A stretch of DNA of 64,000 nt from assembly GCF_009914755.1 (NCBI RefSeq), contig NC_060935.1; one strand, 5' to 3'. Made by a program: the position numbers and the translations under genes. The stretch is from the human T2T-CHM13v2.0 reference genome, Homo sapiens. Below are positions 43,901 to 56,265 of this stretch, piece after piece; the stretch's first letter is position 1, and each line of letters opens with the position of its first letter. Under the pieces are notes generated by a model that saw nothing but the letters and a program-made list of their open reading frames with translations, had not been told where the DNA came from and ran no database searches.

Positions 43901-44765
43901 CTGCTTTAGCTGTGTCCCAGAGATTCTGGTACATTGTCTCTTTATTCCCATTGGTTTCAAAGAACTCATTTATTTCTGCCTTAATTTTGTTATTTACCCC
44001 ATAGTCATCCAGGAGCAGGTTGTTCAATTTCCATGTAGTTGTGTGGTTTTGAGTGAGTTTCTTAATCCTGAGTTCTAGTTTGATTGCACTGTGGTCTGCG
44101 AGACTGTTTGTTATGATTTCTGTTCTTTTGCATTTTCTGAGGAGTGTTTTACTTCCAATTATGTGGTCAATTTTAGAATAAGTGCTAAGTGGTGCAGAGA
44201 AGGATGTATATTCTGTTGATTTGGGGTAGATAGTTCTGTAGTTCTATTAGGTCCACTTGGTCCAGAGCTGAATTAAAGTCCCGAATATCCTTGTTAATTT
44301 TCTGTCCCATTGATCTAAAATTGACAGTGGGGTGTTAAAATTTCCCACTATTATTCTGTAGGAGTCTAAGTCTCTTTGTAGGTCTCTAAGAACTTTCTTT
44401 ATAAATCTGGGTGCTCCTGTATTGGGGGCACATATATTTAGGATAGTTAGCTCTTCTTGTTGCATTGATCCCTTTACCATTCTGTAGTGCCCTTCTTTGT
44501 CTTTTTTGATCTTTGTTGGTTTAAAGTCTGTTTTATCAGAGACTAGGACTGCTTTTTTTGGCTTTCCATTTGCTTGGTAAATATTCCTCCATCCCTTTTT
44601 TTTGAGCCTATGTGTGCCTTTGCATGTGAGATGGGTCTCCTGAATACAGCACACTGATGAGTCTTGACTCTTTACCCAATTTTCCAGTGTATGTCTTTTA
44701 ATTGGAGCATTTAGCCCATTTACATTTAAGGTTAATATTGTTATGTGTGAGTTTGATCCTGTCAT
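40960..44765 (-). pseudogene. L1 ORF2 (endonuclease/reverse transcriptase), fragmented by frameshifts and stops
   Basis: ORF-track pieces: MTGSNSHITILTLNVNGLN (EN), [16 protein letters not shown] (RT) and CWRGCGE..HCWWEC (C-terminal Cys-rich), in separate frames. Confidence 0.95.
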
Positions 44766-44827
44766 TATGATGCTAGCTGGTTATTTTGCACATTTGTTGA
44801 TGCAGTTTCTTCATAGTGTCATTGATC

Positions 44828-45851
44828 TTTATATTTTGTGTGTTTTTGTGGTGGCTGGTGCCAGTTTTTCCTTTCCATGTTTAGTGCTTCCTTCAGGAGC
44901 TCTTGTAAGGCATGCCTGTTGGTGACAAAATCCCTCAGCATTTGCTTGTCTATAAAGGATTTTATTTCTCCTTCACTTATGAAGCTTAATTTGGCTAGAT
45001 ATGAAATTCTGGGTTGAAAATTCGTTTCTTTAAGAATGTTGAATATTGGCCCCCCACTCTCTTCTGGCTTGTAGGGTTTCTGCAGAGAGATCTGCTGTTA
45101 GTCTTATGGGCTTCCCTTTGTGGGTAACCTGACCTTTCTCTCTGGCTGCCCTTAACATTTTTTCCTTCATTTCAACCTTGGTGAATCTGACAATTATGTG
45201 TTTTGGGGTTGTTCTTCTCGGGGAGTATCATTGTGGTGTTCTCTGTATTTCCTGAATTTGAATGTTGGCCTGTCTTGCTAGATTGGGGAAGTTCTCTTGG
45301 ATAATATCCTGAAGTGTGTTTTCTAACTTGGTTCCATTCTTGTCCTCACTTTCAGGTACCCCAATCAATTGTAGGTTTGGTCTTTTCATATACTCCCATA
45401 TTTCTTAGAGGCTGTGTTCGTTCCTTTTCATTCTTTTTTCTCTAATCTAGTCCTCGTGCCTTATTTTGGTAAGTTGATCTTCAATATCTGATATCCCTTC
45501 TTCTGCTTGGTTTAGCTATTGATACTTGTGAATGCCTCAGGAAGTTCTCATGCTGTGTTTTTCAGCTCCATCAGGTCATTTATGTTCTTCTCTAAACTGG
45601 TTATTCTAGTTAGCAGTTCCTGTCACCTTTTATCAAGGTTCTGATCTTCCTTGCACTGGGTTAGAACACGTTCCTTTACCTCAGAGGAGTTTGTTATTAC
45701 TCACCTTCTGAAGCCTACTTCTGTCAATTTGTCAAACTCATTCTCCATCCAGTTTTGTGCACTTGCTGGAGAGGAGTTGTGATCCTTTGTAGGAGAAGAG
45801 GCATTCTGGTTTTTGGAATTTTCAGCATTTTTGCATTGGATTTATCCTCAT
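44828..45851 (-). pseudogene. L1 ORF1, disrupted
   Basis: ATG AGG at 45851 follows ggtagataaatccatgaag. The frame closes after 9 codons (..AAA TGC TGA), and the track shows no long ORF here. Confidence 0.85.
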
Positions 45852-46571
45852 CTTCATGGATTTATCTACCTTTGATCTTGAGGCTGATGACCTTTGGATG
45901 GGGTTTTTTGTGTGGGGGTCCTTTTTGTTGATGTTGATGTTATTGCTTCCTGTTTGTTAGTTTTCCTTCTAACAGTCAGGCTCCTCTTCTGCAGGTATGC
46001 TGCAGTTTGCTGGAGGTCTACTCCAGACCCTGTTCTCGTGGGTATCACCAGCAGAGGCTCCAGAATCGCAAAAATTGCTGTTTGCTCCTTCTTCTGGAAG
46101 CTTCATCCCAGAGGGGCACCAGCCTTATGCCAGCTGGAGCTCTCCTGTATGAGGTGTCTGTCAACCCCTGCTGGGAGGTCTCTCCCCGTCAGGAAGCACG
46201 GAGGTCAGGGACTCACTTGAGGAGGCAGCCTGTCCCTTAGCAGAGCTCGAGCTCTGTGCTGGTAGAATCCTCCTTGTCAGGATCTGCTGCACTCTTCAGA
46301 GCTGGCAGGCAGGAATGTTTAAATCCGCTGAAGCTGGGCCCACAGCCACCCCTTCCCTGAGGTGATCTGTCTCAGGGAGAGGGGAGTTTTATCTCTAAGC
46401 CCCTGACTGGGCCTGCCGCCTTTCTTTCAGAGACGCCCTGCCCTGTGAGGAGGAATCTAGAAAGGCAGTCTGGCCACAGCTGTTTTGCCACGCTGTGTTG
46501 AGTTCCGCCCAGTCTGAACTTCCCAGCCTCCTTAGCACTGTCGGGGAAAACTGCTTACTCAAGCCTCAGAA

Positions 46572-46751
46572 ATGGTGGATGCCCCTTCCCACACCAAGCT
46601 CGATCATCCCAGGTCAACTTCAGACTGCTGTGCTGGCAGTAAGAATTTCAAGCCAGTGGTTCTTAGACTGCTGGGCTCCACGGGAATGGGACCGGCTGAG
46701 CAAGACCACTTGGTTCCCTGGTTTCAGCCCCCTTTCCAGGGGAGTGAATGA
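46572..46751 (+). CDS. L1 ORF0-like antisense ORF, 59 aa (MVDAPSHTKLDHPRSTSDCCAGSK...); translation unproven
   Basis: gaaATGG context. Position in the L1 5'UTR and the M..AP...SDCCA motif match primate L1 ORF0. Just below the ORF-track length cutoff. Confidence 0.45.
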   Translation: MVDAPSHTKLDHPRSTSDCCAGSKNFKPVVLRLLGSTGMGPAEQDHLVPWFQPPFQGSE

Positions 46752-46966
46752 ACAGTTCTGTCTTGCTGGAGTTCCAGGCACCACTAGGGTATGAAAAAAA
46801 AAAAAAAAAAAAAACTGCAGCCAGCTTGGCGTCTGCCCAAACAGCCGCCCAGTTTTGTGATTGAAAGCCAGGGCCCTGGACGTGTAGGCACACAAGGGAA
46901 TCTCTTGGTCTGCGGATTGCAAAAACTATGGGAAAAGCGTAGTATCTGGGCTGGAGAGCACAGTCC

Positions 46967-48476
46967 TGTGTCTGGAATTGGTGGGTTCTTGGTCTCACTG
47001 ACTTCAAGAATGAAGCCGCGGACCCTCGTAGTGAGTGTTACAGCTCTTAAGGTGGTGTGTCTGGAGTCTGTCTCTTCTGATGTTCAGATGTGTTTGGAGT
47101 TTCTTCCTTCTGGTGGGTTCGTGGTCTCATTGGCTCAGGAGTGAAGCTGCAGACCTTTGTGGTGAGTGTTACAGCTCTTAAGGCGGCGGGTCTGGAGTTG
47201 TTCGTTCCTCCTGGTGGGCTCGTGGTCTGGCTGGGCTCAGGAGTGAAGCTGCAGATCTTCACGGTGAGTGTTACAGCTCATAAAAGCAGCGTGGACCCAA
47301 AGAGTGAGCAGCAGCAAGATTTATTGCAAAGAGCAAAAGAACAAAGCTTCCACAGTGTGGAAGGGGACCCGGTTGCCACTGCTGGCTCCCGCAGCCTGCT
47401 TTTATTCTCTTATCTGGCCCCCCCCCCCGCCCACATCCTGCTGATTGGTAGAGCCCAGTAGCCTGTTTTGTCAGGGCGCTGATTGGTGCATTTACAACCC
47501 CTGAGCTAGATACAAAGGTTCTCCACGTCCCCATCAGATTAGTTAGATACAGAGTTTTGACACACAGGTTCTCCAAGGCCCCACCAGAGCAGCTAGACAC
47601 AGCGTGTCGATTGGTGCACTCACAAACCTTGAGCTAAACACAGGGTGCTGATTGGTGTATTTACAATCCCTGAGCTAGACATAAAGGTTCTCCAAAGCCC
47701 CACCAGAGCAGCTAGATACAGAGTGTCGATTGGTGCACTCACAAACCTTGAGCGAGACACAGGGTGCTGATTGGTGTGTTTACAATCCCTGAGTTAGATA
47801 TAAAGACTCTCCACGTCCCCACCAGACTCAGGAGCCCAGCTGACTTCACCTAGTGGATCCCGCACCGGGGCTGCAGGTGGAGCTGCCTGCCAGTCCCGTG
47901 CCGAGCGCTGGCATTCCTCAGCCCTTGGGTGGTCGATGGGACTGGGCGCCGTGGAGCAGGGGGTGGTGCTCGTTGGGGAGGCTCGGGCCGCACAGGAGCC
48001 CATGGAGTGGGTGGGAGGCTCAGGCATGGCGGGCTGCAGGTCCCGAGCCCTGCCCCGCGGGAAGGCAGCTCAGGCTCGGTGAGAAATTGAGCGCAGCACC
48101 GGTGGGCCGGCACTGCTGGGGGACCCAGTACACCCTCCGCAGCCACTGGCCCGGGTGCTAAGTCCCTCATTGCCCGGGGCCAGCAGGGCTGGCCGCCTGC
48201 TCCGAGTGCGGAGCCCGCCAAGCCCACGCCCACCCAGAACTCCAGCTGGCTCGCAAGTGCCGCCCGCAGCCCCGGTTCTCGCTCGCACCTTTCCCTCCAC
48301 ACCTCCCTGCAAGCTGAGGGAGTGGGCTCTAGCCTTGGCCAGCCCAGAAAGGGGCTCCCACAGTGCAGTGGGGGGCTGAAGGGCTCCTCAAATGCCGCCA
48401 AAGTAGGAGCCCAGGCAGGGGAGGTGCCGAGAGCAAGCGAGGGCTCTGAGGACTGCCAGCACGCTGTCACCTCTCA
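46967..48476 (-). mobile_element. Solo LTR12C (HERV9/ERV9 LTR), 1510 bp
   Basis: Minus strand starts TGAGAGGTGACAGCGTGCTGGCAGTCC and ends CCAATTCCAGACACA. 4-bp TSD gtcc/atcc. U3 CCAAT/GATA repeats, U5 repeats and a CpG-rich 5' half. Confidence 0.96.
47370..47820 (-). promoter_or_regulatory. ERV9 LTR enhancer/promoter: six CCAAT boxes, GATA motifs and AATAAAA TATA-equivalent
   Basis: ATTGG at 47444, 47482, 47610, 47651, 47729 and 47770 (119-bp internal duplication). ttttatt at 47400-47406. LTR polyA signal tttatt at 47320-47325. Confidence 0.75.
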
Positions 48477-50514
48477 ATCCCTCACGGCTTCCTTTTGCTG
48501 GGGGTGGCGGGGCGGGGGAGGCCCCCAGCTGCTTGCACTTCCTGGGCAAGGCGACACCCCACCTTGTTTCTGCTCATCCTCTGTGGGCTGTACCCACTGC
48601 CTAACCAGTCCCAGTGAGATGAACAGGGTTCCTCAGTTGGAAATGCAGAAATCACCCGCCTTCTGCATTGGTCTTGCTGTGAGCTGCAGACCAGAGCTGT
48701 TCCTATTCGGCCATCTTGCCAATACCCTCCAAGGACATTCTTAAGTGAAACGGACCCCTTTTGCTTTTTACTGTTGGTATGTGGCAGTGAAAAATATATC
48801 AGCGACTAACATGGTTTGGGGTCATTAACTTGATCCATGCTCAGTGCCAGAGTTAATGTCAATACATTACAAAGGGAAGTAATGTCTTAGCATTATTATA
48901 AAAATAGTTTTCACCTTCTAGACCCCCTGAAAGGGTCTTGGGGTTCCAAGGGGTCTGTGGTCCAGACTTTGAGAACCTCTGCAATAGGTAAGATAGCAAC
49001 CTAAGGTGTCTGACTTTCAGTACTCTTTGACTAACTTGCCCTTGGGAATTTATGTTGGACACTATAGGAAGGATGGGGCAATACCCAGTCTCTGCAGGTG
49101 GGCCACATCTGCCGAGGCTCTTCTCAACCATTTTACAAAATGGTTTGTTCCAAGTGCTGTTTCTGGGGTTCCTTCCATTGGAGCACAGTGTTCTCTCTAG
49201 GAGGGGCTAGATGTGGTTAGATAAGAAGGGAGGCAGGGGAATCGCCTAAATGACCTCTGGCATTCCCTATCTATTGTAATGCTATAGATCTCTGCTTGTC
49301 ATCTGGAAATAGTGAAATCCTTTTAAAACACTTCTAATCTAGTAGTTCTAGAAACGCATTTTAACTTATCATGTAAGTTTTACTTCCTAATTTTACAAGT
49401 GAAAAACTGAAGCACAAAGAAGTTACAGACTCAGATGACATAGCCACAGAGTGTCCGAAACAAAATCAAAGCTTAGGTCTCCTGACTCCTTTTTGCCTTC
49501 CTCTGTAGGCTATTAGGAGGCCATCAATCTTCTGTCCTTCTGCAGAAAAATTAGTATCTTATACACAAAGCATCTTTTAATAAGGCCCTGCTGTACTAAC
49601 ATGAACTCAACTGGTACCAAATTTGGTGCCATACTGAACAGCTTTGCCCCACTCTACAAAAACCTGCATTGCAGAGATCCTAACTTAGAAGTCAGAAAGA
49701 GAAGGTCTGGATTCACTGGTCCTGAGTGGAGTTCATGGACCTTAAAGTGTCAGAAGAACTGCCAGCTCCTGCAATGTCTGTTCGAGGCACTGTGAGTCTG
49801 TAGCTTCCAGCTATGGCTCAGAAGCAGTTGCTTCACAGAAACAAGGTGACTAGGCAGTGTAACCACATGAGGGTGTCCTGGAGGCTGGAGACATGCCCAT
49901 TCTTTGCCAAGGAATTGGGAGTTACCTAAAAGATGCTGAGTCTCTTTATTCTCTAGCTCTGAATACAGCTCTTGGGTTTTTGACAAATGCTCCTATCCCA
50001 TAGAGACCCTTTAATCACCTTTGACAATGTAAGCTGCATAGCTTCCCCCATTTTTGATATGACATCGGTTTTAATGCTGTTTAACAGATATGCATTGATG
50101 AAAAGAACATTTTTTTCCAGGAGCCAATCACGTTTTCCGTTTGACAATACATTGCCTAAAATATAAATACAGCAATTGGGAAATATACTCTATATAATCA
50201 AAGTTCATTTTACAATGAAATTCAGCCATCTTTTCTATTGGATCACCAGATTTAGGAAATTATTATTAAGTCCAATCACATGAAAAACCACCGCTCTAAC
50301 ACTTAACAACTACTTTTGTTTCTTCATATATTCATCTATGTACAGAGTATGTATATCACATTTGAACATACTGTTCTACTTTTTGCATTTGATTTTGTCT
50401 TCATACTCATATCAGCTTATTCTAAGCAACTTATCTATTGTTTTATTGATCATTTAAGTAATGTCAGGTCTTTTGCTAACATAGAAAGCACTGCAATAAA
50501 ATACTTTGTACTTA

Positions 50515-50810
<296 letters not shown>

Positions 50811-51934
50811 GCCACACAACGCTTGGTACTTAAAGTCTTCCTCAACCCGTCTCCTTTCTTTGGAATTATTTCCTTGAAATAATTTCCCAAGATGAAAACT
50901 GCTGGATCAAAGGATATGGATTTTTCTTTTGGCCCTTGATACATCTTGCCAGATTCTTCTCCAACACATTTGTATCAATTCAGTTTATTACCAATAATGA
51001 ATAAATGTGTCTGTTTCTCCCAGCCTTCTCAGCATTCAATTAAAATTTTAATTAAAATTTTATTTAGTAATAATTTATTAAAATTAATCTTATTTTAAAT
51101 TGGCATTGGTTTAATTACCAACACACTTGAATCTTTTTTCATGTTTATTGTCCTTTGCCTTTAAAACCACTAGGGTGTTGGCATGAATCAAGTCTGATTT
51201 TGCTCCTTGTCTCCCCAGGGCATCAGTCATTGTCTGGCACACTGAAAGTTCTGAATAAATAGTGTGGAATGAATGGATGAATGAATGAGAAGCAGTTACA
51301 AAATGAGGAAGGAAGAGAGTGGAGGGAGATGAGCAATGAAAAGCTGCTGATGAAGAGGTTAGGGCAGGAGAGAGATAAGGCCATATGTGGCTGCTGAGTG
51401 GACAGCAGCTTGGATGGGGCCAGTGGTGTGTGGGAGGATGCGCAAGGAGGACATTGCAGTCAGTTAGTGGGCAATGGTGTGGCTTGGACTGCAGCGGTGA
51501 AAGTGGTAATGGAGAAAATTGGTATATTTCACATCTCTTTTAACAGTAGATTCTGTCATGAACTGGATGCGGAGGAGTAAGAGAGAGAAACATCATAGCT
51601 GACAAGCTAGGTTTCTGGCTTGGAAATGGAGGTGCTCTTTCTTTTGAAAATATTCCTCAATATTATTATCTCTCTCTTTTTACAAATGACTTTGAAATCA
51701 TTTCATCAGGCTCTGAAAAGGATCCTGTCAGAATTTTAAGTGGGATTGCACTAAGTCTCAAAATTACCTTGAGAGGAATTGTTAGCTTTATAATGTTTAG
51801 CTTGTCTAGTTTTTTCCCATTTATGAATAAAACCAAGCATTTCTGGGTTTCCTTAGCACCATGCCTAGAAGAGTGATACCATATGGACCATAGCCCTTCT
51901 TTCTCAATCTAACTGCAGAAACAAAATTAAACAT

Positions 51935-51988
51935 TATATTACAGTTCTCCAGAGAAACAGACCAACAGGAGATAGATAAATGAGAGAC

Positions 51989-52033
<45 letters not shown>

Positions 52034-52446
52034 CATTTTTTTTTTGAGGAATTGGCTCACATGATTATGGAGGCTGAGAAGTTCCACAGTCTGCCATCTG
52101 CAAACCGGAGACCCAGGAGACCCAGTGGTGTAGTTCTAGTTGAATTCCAAAAGCCTGAGAACAAAGGGAGCCAATGGTGTAAATCCCAGCCCCAGGGCAG
52201 GAGAAGGCCAATGTCCCTGGTCAAGCAGGCAGGCAGGGTGTAAAGAAATGGATTTCTTCTTCCTCTGCATATTGTTCTATTCGGCCCTCAATTGATTGGA
52301 TGAGGCCCACCCACACGGGGGATGGAAGTCTCCTTTGTTAAGTTACCTGATTCAAATGTGTATCACATCTGGAAATCCTCACAGATGCACCCAGAAATAA
52401 TTTGGGCACCCAATGGCGCAGCTGACACATAAAATGAACCATCACA
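51935..52446 (-). mobile_element. MLT2B-type ERVL LTR
   Basis: gttctccagagaaacagaccaacagga..gacacataaaatgaaccatcaca; perfect 5-bp TSD AACAT. Confidence 0.88.
51991..52030 (+). repeat. (GATA)10 microsatellite
   Basis: Ten perfect units. Confidence 0.98.
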
Positions 52447-52960
52447 AACATACAATGAACAATAATCCCACTGCTTCCTTCTTCCATCACTGTGGAATCC
52501 CTCCCAATCCTGAGAAGTCTGCCCATCAGAGCATCTCAGCTGTGCCACTGCCAGTGCTATGATGGGACAGGAGACATTGCTGCTGCCACCAGGCTGAGTC
52601 ACAAATATAGGATTTCACCAGGAAATGGAATTTGGCACCCAACACTTGTGTCGTCATACACAGTTTCAGTGAAAGAAAGGGCAAAAGAGAAAGGATTAAA
52701 TATCTTCTTTACCCTTTTTCTCTTGCCTTCCTTCTGCCTCTCTGGAAAGGAAGTCCTATGACAACCAGTCACTCATGTATGGGTTGGGAGTGGAGAAGGA
52801 AAGTCCATGATCACATTTTCCAGTTAAACAGGGAAGGCTGAACACATAAATCTCTGTTGTTTCCCCAAATCCCACAAAGATAACACTAGATGAATAAAGC
52901 AGACTCAGTCCCAGAGGATTTCTCTCACTTTTTTCCAGCACTTTTAGGTACTTTGCACAG

Positions 52961-53420
52961 GTGTGTTTTTTAGGGATTTCATTCTCACCCCCAGATCCAC
53001 TCTTCTCTCCATCCTGCTTTGGGAGGGTGACGTCGAGGGATCTCATCAAGTGGCTCTCTCGCCCTCTGCATTCCAGCTGGATTTGGTCAGTGGGAAGCCA
53101 AGGACAGAGGAAAGTGAGGTCAGGGTCTCTACCTACCCACCCACTGCTCCCTGCCAGTGGAGGCTGCAGGTGGGTGGTCCTCTTCCAGCAGCCACAGCTT
53201 CTGCCCAGCCACCCTGTCTTCCAGCTTCAACTCTCCCTCCTGGTTCCTGAAACTGCTCCTCCTCAGGTTTAGGGGTAGTCACAACTCCCTGGGAGCTTCA
53301 CCTTTCCTTATTGCACTCCTTTGACTCTGCCAGGCCCTTATAAAATGTCCCTTCATCAAACTCACTTCTCTTGCCCCACTTGAGTATGCCATCTGTTTCC
53401 TGTGGGACTGAGACTGGTAT
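52961..53420 (+). mobile_element. LTR33-like ERVL LTR
   Basis: cccagatccactc start region; ttgagtatgccatctgtttcctg end region. Confidence 0.55.
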
Positions 53421-54197
53421 TGCCACTTTTTCAGAAATTGATTCTTAGACTCTGTACATGTATTATTTTGATAAAATAAGAAGCAAAGCTAACAAAACAG
53501 TAAAGTCAGTTACTACTATAGAATTTTATGTTGCTATAGGATTTTATAAAAGATTATACATCCCCACTGTACTGAGGCTGCCCTTTCTGAATTGCCTTCC
53601 TCTCCCCCATCCCACTCAAATGCTGCTTCCTTCCATTGCTCACCTAGGACCTAAAAACACCCAAATGAGAATGTCTTTTCTCTGGGTCTGTGGCTAAACT
53701 CAGACGCCAATCCAGTTCCCATTCCCAAATCTTCTCTCTTTGCCAACACTAGGCTGTCATCTAACCCAAAACATACTCAAAGGAACAACGTTATAAAGTA
53801 GATTATTAGATAGGGGTTTCTGGAATTTTAGCTAAGAGGACACCCTTTAATAATAGGGAGTGCATTTTCACAGATCATGTTTCCTGGTTTAAAAATATAT
53901 GCAATTTCCGTAAAAACTGAGACTTGAAGAGATTTTAATTTTTTCTAAATGATTTTTGTTTTCTCAAGAAGGCTTTGCTGTTTCATTCTTATATATGCTT
54001 CATCAAGTTAATTCCTAGAATTATTTTATGTTTTGGTTATTATGAATGAGATTTCCAGTTTTCATTACGTTTTCTATCAGGTTATAATTAGTGTACAAAA
54101 ATGCTCTCGTTATTCCCATTTATTGTACCTCTATGTTTTTTCCTAATAGTTTTACCTAATATTCCTTGGGTTACATAAGTAATCAATAGCTATTTGC

Positions 54198-54388
54198 CTA
54201 GCTGGGCATGGTGGTGCGTGCCTGTAGTCCCAGCTACTTGGGAGGCTGAGGCAGGAGGATGACTTGAACCCATCCTTGAACCCATGGTTAAGGCCATTGA
54301 GCCATGATTGTACCACTGCCACTGCACTCCAGCCCAGGCAACAGAGTGAGACCTCATTTCTAAAAAGATAAATAAACAAAATAAAAAA
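54198..54388 (+). mobile_element. Alu right-arm monomer (FRAM/AluJ)
   Basis: Single arm with A tail and small internal duplications. Confidence 0.85.
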
Positions 54389-54519
54389 TTAATAATTTGC
54401 CTGTAAAACACAACATGTTTTTGTCTTTTTTTTTTCTGATTACTCTTCCATGATTTCTGTGGTCTCCCACTTGTTCACTGACAAGGTATGATGTTGACTC
54501 TTGGCTTCCAGGATGTTAA

Positions 54520-54863
<344 letters not shown>

Positions 54864-55229
54864 GGATGTTGGATTTTCTAATGCCATTTCAGCGCTTATT
54901 GATATGAACAAATAATTGTTACTATTCAATCTCTTTTGTGGAGTATTATAATTACTAGTTTTCAATTTGCTAGACTATTCATCCATTCTGTGATGAGCCT
55001 AATTTAATTGTGGTTTGTTTTTTCCTTCCTTTAGTACACATGTGTAATTATAAACTATTCACAAAGCATTATATTTTTGGTATACATTTTCTCAATAATT
55101 CTTGCCTTAGCCTCATAGGATGAATATTATGCTCCTGATTTATGGAAGAGAAAATTGAGTCTCAGAGAGGCTAGAGAGTAGGCCCAGTTCATAGAGCAAA
55201 TCTGTGGTCGAGCTGGTGCGTGATATGAA

Positions 55230-55325
55230 AGGCAGAGAGAGAGAGAGGGGTGGGAAGAGAGAGAGAGAGAGAATAGGAGGGGAAGAGAGACAGAGGGAGA
55301 AGAGGAGAGAGAGGGAAAGAGAGGC
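55230..55325 (+). repeat. GA-rich simple repeat inside a MIR
   Basis: (GA)n-rich purine tract. Confidence 0.85.
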
Positions 55326-56265
55326 AGCCAGAGAATGATGCACTGGCTGTGCCACAGGTTTGCACTATGAAATGCATCTGGCTTTGAATCTGGGTCCATC
55401 TGACCCTAGAGTCCTTTCTACCATGCCTCTCCTTTAAAGTGGTAATCCATTAGTATTGTCATTAAATTCTTCAGATCTACATGCAAGAGTGAAAGTGGTA
55501 CACAATTCCTGATTTTTAAATCAACTCTTTATCTGACTGTAGTCTCAAGGCCATACTAGCTTTGAGGAGTAAATTGGTTAGTTCCTACCTACCTGTTTTT
55601 ATTCATAATTGAGACTTTAAAAGAATTATCCACACACATTGAATACTTTCCCTTATCCTCACCCCCAAGTTATCCAATTTCTTCATCAGTTATTGGTGTA
55701 TTCAAGCTCTTTCTTTTATGTCAGTTTTAGAATTTTACTTTTTCCTTTAAAAATTATCCATTTTATTTAGATTTTCATAGTTCCTAGCATACAACTATAG
55801 AGTGCAGTAAGATCATTCACTATTTCCTGGCTAAATTTACCCGTGTTAGCTTTATCTAATAAGCTGTGTAGCTTATTAAATAATGCTACTGTTATGCTGT
55901 TGGTAATTTACACACATCCACTTTTATATATACTGTTCCCTTCTATTTCTTTTGGGTTGTCCTTTTGTTCCTTTGGTGAATTTTTATATTGTTGACTTAG
56001 TATGCTGATTTTCCCATTTTGTTTTTTGTTTTTATTAATAATAAATGCACTTAAGGCTGTGAATTTTCTTAGTGTAGCTCTGAGCCCTTCCCAGGGAATT
56101 TAATATGTAGTTCTCATTTTCATTGTTTTCTTAATAGAGTGCTTTTGTGCACTTTATCTTCTTGACATATTTGTTAATTAGCAGATTATTTCAAAATTTC
56201 TAAGTAGTCAGAGAGTTTTGATTTACATCTTTGTTCCTAATTTTGTTTTATTTTGTTTTGGTAAG

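Larger units (their letters stand above)
40731..48729 (-). mobile_element. Full-length LINE-1, L1PA7/L1PA8-type, inactive, interrupted by LTR12C
   Basis: Poly(T) tail at about 40729-40739. 5' end with YY1 motif (ggccatcttg, 48709-48718). Perfect TSD CAAGGACATTCTT at 40718-40730 and 48730-48742, at a TT/AAGA endonuclease-like site. ORF1 and ORF2 remnants present. Confidence 0.96.
39523..48981 (-). mobile_element. Charlie1a-like hAT DNA transposon (pieces 39523-40730 and 48743-48981) split by the L1
   Basis: Termini cagtggttcttaa...tttgagaacctctg form degenerate TIRs. The pieces total about 1.45 kb and resemble the Charlie1a consensus. Confidence 0.8.

Noticed and set aside
46794-46814. A21 run read as a separate retro-insertion tail
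   Set aside because: It lies within continuous L1 5'UTR sequence with no TSD. It is more likely an expanded homopolymer, and a source of oligo-dT mispriming.
47850-48470. 206-aa ORF and overlapping ORFs
   Set aside because: GC-rich LTR12C U3 sequence is stop-poor in several frames, and the peptide has no recognisable protein features.
40731-48729. Retrotransposition-competent L1
   Set aside because: ORF1 stops after 9 codons, ORF2 is broken into several frames, and the promoter is interrupted.
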